NCBI GenBank assembly: GCA_000004985.1
Contig: GG739495.1
Source: Naegleria gruberi
Taxonomy: Eukaryota
Length of the DNA: 1,220 nt
Reading direction: 5' to 3' (one strand)
The number at the start of each line of letters is the position of its first letter. Position 1 is the first letter of the stretch. Below are positions 1-1,220 of the stretch, piece by piece. The notes under the pieces were generated by a model. The model was not told where the DNA came from. It did no database searches and was given only the letters and a program-made list of their open reading frames with translations. The translations under genes and the position numbers were made by a program.

Positions 1-160
1 TACTCGAAAATTCTGTTAGATGATGTACTTATAATGGATTACGGAAAGGGTATTAAATACCTGGGGTTACATTAAGGTACTTCGTAATTATCAATAACTT
101 ACAATTGTCACCGAAGTACACATTTAACAGATAGGCAATGATCAAATGTTCACAATAATG

Positions 161-180
161 GTTTTCGAAAACTCATGAGT
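161..180. repeat. Two overlapping perfect palindromes: GTTTTCGAAAAC (161..172) and ACTCATGAGT (171..180)
   Basis: Both are exactly self-complementary and overlap by 2 nt. They lie about 30 bp upstream of the 212..233 hairpin and next to a TATATTA stretch at 184..190. Each would be expected about once by chance in 1.2 kb of AT-rich DNA. Only their tight clustering with the hairpin and with GATCGATATC at 198..207 is noteworthy. Confidence 0.4.
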
Positions 181-211
181 TGTATATTAGCATTGTTGAT
201 CGATATCTACT

Positions 212-233
212 CACAATCGCGTTTGCGATTGTG
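212..233. repeat. Perfect hairpin or dyad: CACAATCGC-gttt-GCGATTGTG (9-bp stem, 4-nt loop)
   Basis: Positions 212..220 (CACAATCGC) are the exact reverse complement of 225..233 (GCGATTGTG), with loop GTTT at 221..224. Five of the nine stem pairs are G:C, which is unusual in this AT-rich window. Roughly 0.03 local hairpins with a 9-bp stem and a 3-8 nt loop are expected by chance in 1.2 kb. There is no trailing T-run, so it is not a bacterial intrinsic terminator. It sits about 300 bp 3' of the b5 stop codon. Confidence 0.65.
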
Positions 234-526
234 TAAGTACATAAATGTGAATTGAAGAGAAATTCAAGACAAAAAGAACCAATATCTTTGAAGGTATTCT
301 TGATAAAGGAACCAAAAGTTCGAGAATATTGTCAAGGAGGAAGAACCAAATCAGACAGGATATATTTTGAATTGATTGTTATTCATTTAGCTTGCTTTAC
401 AATGGTCTTGAAAATTTATTTAAACTTTAATAATGCTCATTGAGATGTATTACCAAGTTAAATTAATTTCAAAATCATAGGAATTTGTTTCAAATTATTC
501 TTGATCATCTAATGGTATTGATTGAT

Positions 527-781
527 TTACTTGTCATTTGATTCAATGACTCCAATAATATAATTTTCCATTTCCTTTCTAGCACTTGATGAATGACCAA
601 CATCATTAAAAGCCCATGAAGCATCTCTACCTGAATATTTAAGTAAAATTTCATCACCTCCTGGATGTTCATCTTTAAATGTTTCAATTGAAATAACATT
701 ACCATCAATTAATAACCACGGATCTTTATGTGATGCATTGTGTTCTTTAACCTCGGAGAGTGTTATAATGTTAGTAGCCAT
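527..781 (-). CDS. Cytochrome b5 family heme-binding domain protein (84 aa, stand-alone, no C-terminal membrane anchor)
   Basis: Complete ATG..TAA ORF on the minus strand. The translation MATNIITLSEVKEHNASHKDPWLLIDGNVISIETFKDEHPGGDEILLKYSGRDASWAFNDVGHSSSARKEMENYIIGVIESNDK aligns almost position-by-position with the microsomal cytochrome b5 core (..TLEEIQKHN..W..I...VYD...F..EHPGGEEVL....GGDAT..FEDVGHS..AR.......IG..). The invariant HPGG motif lies at plus-strand 656..667 (His39, first axial heme ligand) and the second axial His63 in VGHS at 593..595. An in-frame stop sits 9 codons upstream of the ATG, so this ATG is the first possible start. The protein ends 7 residues after the conserved IIG segment, so the hydrophobic tail anchor of classical b5 is not encoded here. 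There is no Shine-Dalgarno sequence upstream; the 5' flank is an A/T tract instead. Confidence 0.85.
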   Translation of the reverse strand: MATNIITLSEVKEHNASHKDPWLLIDGNVISIETFKDEHPGGDEILLKYSGRDASWAFNDVGHSSSARKEMENYIIGVIESNDK

Positions 782-794
782 AGTTAATTCAATG

Positions 795-816
795 TTTTTA
801 TTTTTTTATTTAAATA
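795..816 (-). promoter_or_regulatory. A/T-rich 5' flank with a TATA-like element (TATTTAAATA, 807..816) about 26 nt upstream of the cytochrome b5 ATG
   Basis: Read in gene orientation, the sequence just upstream of the ATG is TATTTAAATAAAAAAATAAAAACATTGAATTAACT-ATG. The TATTTAAATA motif is self-complementary and is followed by oligo(A) runs up to the start codon. This is typical of core promoters in AT-rich eukaryotes, or of viral promoters placed just before the ATG. Only the sequence context supports it; a TATA-like 10-mer is not rare by chance in DNA this AT-rich. Confidence 0.3.
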
Positions 817-1193
817 GCCTGCAGCAGTATTAAGCTGTACAGTGTAATATGAATCCTTAATTCTCCATTTGGTTATAATAAGAAAACATTCTATTGTTAA
901 AATAAACATCTTTAACCCTCACAAAATGTTGTTCTAAAATCTCCAATCTTTCTCTCTATATTTAAAAGGTTAATAATCAACTAAAATATGAACAATAAAG
1001 TAATCTCAAATAAGAGATATCGATCCATCATCGGTTGTAATTGTTTAAATTACACATACACATATTATCATCCTTAATGAACTTCAACTCCTAGTCGTCT
1101 CAGTCCCATCTGTTATCACACCTTAAACAAATTTTTAATAAGAGTAGAGCTCCATTTGGAAGAGTGGGATTTCGTTGGTTGAGGAATTTCGTT

Positions 1194-1220
1194 ATGGCAG
1201 TTTTCCAGCCCCAGAAAAAA
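1194..1220 (+). CDS. Possible 5' end of a downstream gene (ATG at 1194, MAVFQPQKK..., runs off the window)
   Basis: The last ~80 bp are visibly more GC-rich than the rest of the window. An ATG at 1194 opens a frame that runs to the window edge, and the same frame is already open from 1095. An 8-bp direct repeat ATTTCGTT (1169..1176 and 1186..1193) lies immediately upstream. Only 9 codons are visible, so no product can be assigned. Confidence 0.15.

Noticed and set aside
1-75. Open frame 1 at the left edge (..YSKILLDDVLIMDYGKGIKYLGLH*), a possible C-terminus of an upstream plus-strand gene
   Set aside because: Only 24 codons. In DNA this AT-rich the probability of an open run that long is roughly 0.2, and no motif is recognisable. 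It cannot be supported from this window alone.
77-119. 8-bp inverted repeat GTACTTCG (77..84) and CGAAGTAC (112..119) with a 27-nt loop
   Set aside because: With a loop this large, an 8-bp stem is expected by chance at about this frequency in 1.2 kb. It has no supporting context.
161-172. TTCGAA core of the GTTTTCGAAAAC palindrome as a heat-shock element
   Set aside because: A canonical heat-shock element needs at least three alternating nGAAn units with 2-nt spacing (TTCnnGAAnnTTC). Here TTC and GAA abut with no spacer and there is no third unit.
316-326. GTTCGAG resembling a tRNA T-loop (GTTCGAnTC)
   Set aside because: The flanking 5 nt on each side cannot form a T-stem, and no acceptor, D or anticodon arms can be built around it. 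It is not a tRNA.
335-341. AGGAGGA Shine-Dalgarno-like motif
   Set aside because: There is no ATG, GTG or TTG at a suitable distance of 5-10 nt downstream in an open frame. A purine-rich hexamer is unremarkable here.
252-443. Plus-strand 63-aa ORF from the track (MKRNSRQKEP...)
   Set aside because: It begins with TTG at 252, not ATG. The upstream in-frame stop at 234..236 leaves no ATG start. It has no recognisable domain or motif. In an apparently eukaryotic context a TTG-initiated ORF is not credible, and it would converge on the b5 3' region. I treat it as a chance ORF.
505-708. Minus-strand 67-aa ORF in an alternate frame overlapping the b5 gene
   Set aside because: It lies entirely within or overlaps the frame of the strongly supported b5 CDS and has a low-complexity M/L/K-rich translation. 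It is a shadow ORF.
198-1025. 10-bp inverted repeat GATCGATATC (198..207) and GATATCGATC (1016..1025) bracketing the b5 gene, a possible terminal inverted repeat
   Set aside because: The 10-mer is itself made of overlapping palindromes (GATC, ATCGAT, GATATC), so its reverse complement recurs easily. The expected chance count of inverted 10-mer pairs in the window is again near 0.7. The match does not extend, and there are no target-site duplications or transposase. It is not a mobile element.
1052-1065. ACACATACACATAT short CA-rich microsatellite-like stretch
   Set aside because: It has only two units and is too short to call a simple-sequence repeat or a telomere-like tract.
864-1159. Exact 10-bp direct repeat CTCCATTTGG at 864..873 and 1150..1159
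   Set aside because: The expected number of exact 10-mer pairs in a 1.2-kb sequence is about 0.7, and higher in AT-rich DNA. There is no flanking extension of the match. It is consistent with chance. The resemblance to a CArG or Mcm1 box fails because the spacer is (A/T)4, not (A/T)6.

Overview
This is an AT-rich 1220-bp window with one confident gene and long non-coding flanks. The gene lies on the minus strand at 527..781 and encodes an 84-aa protein that aligns almost residue-for-residue with the cytochrome b5 heme-binding core. The HPGG motif and both axial histidines are present, and the hydrophobic C-terminal membrane anchor is absent. The low coding density, the lack of any Shine-Dalgarno sequence, the yeast-like codon choices (AGA for Arg, TTA/TTG for Leu, GGT for Gly) and the A/T-rich 5' flank with a TATA-like element all point to a eukaryotic nuclear genome. 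An AT-rich large DNA virus is also possible, but a bacterium or phage is unlikely. The other two ORFs in the track (252..443 on the plus strand with a TTG start, and 505..708 on the minus strand in an alternate frame) look spurious. Non-coding features are a perfect 9-bp-stem hairpin at 212..233 just downstream of a pair of overlapping perfect palindromes (161..180), an A/T tract with a TATA-like motif immediately upstream of the b5 start, and a more GC-rich right end carrying an ATG at 1194 that may open a downstream gene. I see no CRISPR array, tRNA, rRNA, mobile-element hallmarks or multi-gene system. This looks like an ordinary eukaryotic-style locus, and the anchor-less b5 is the only moderately unusual point.
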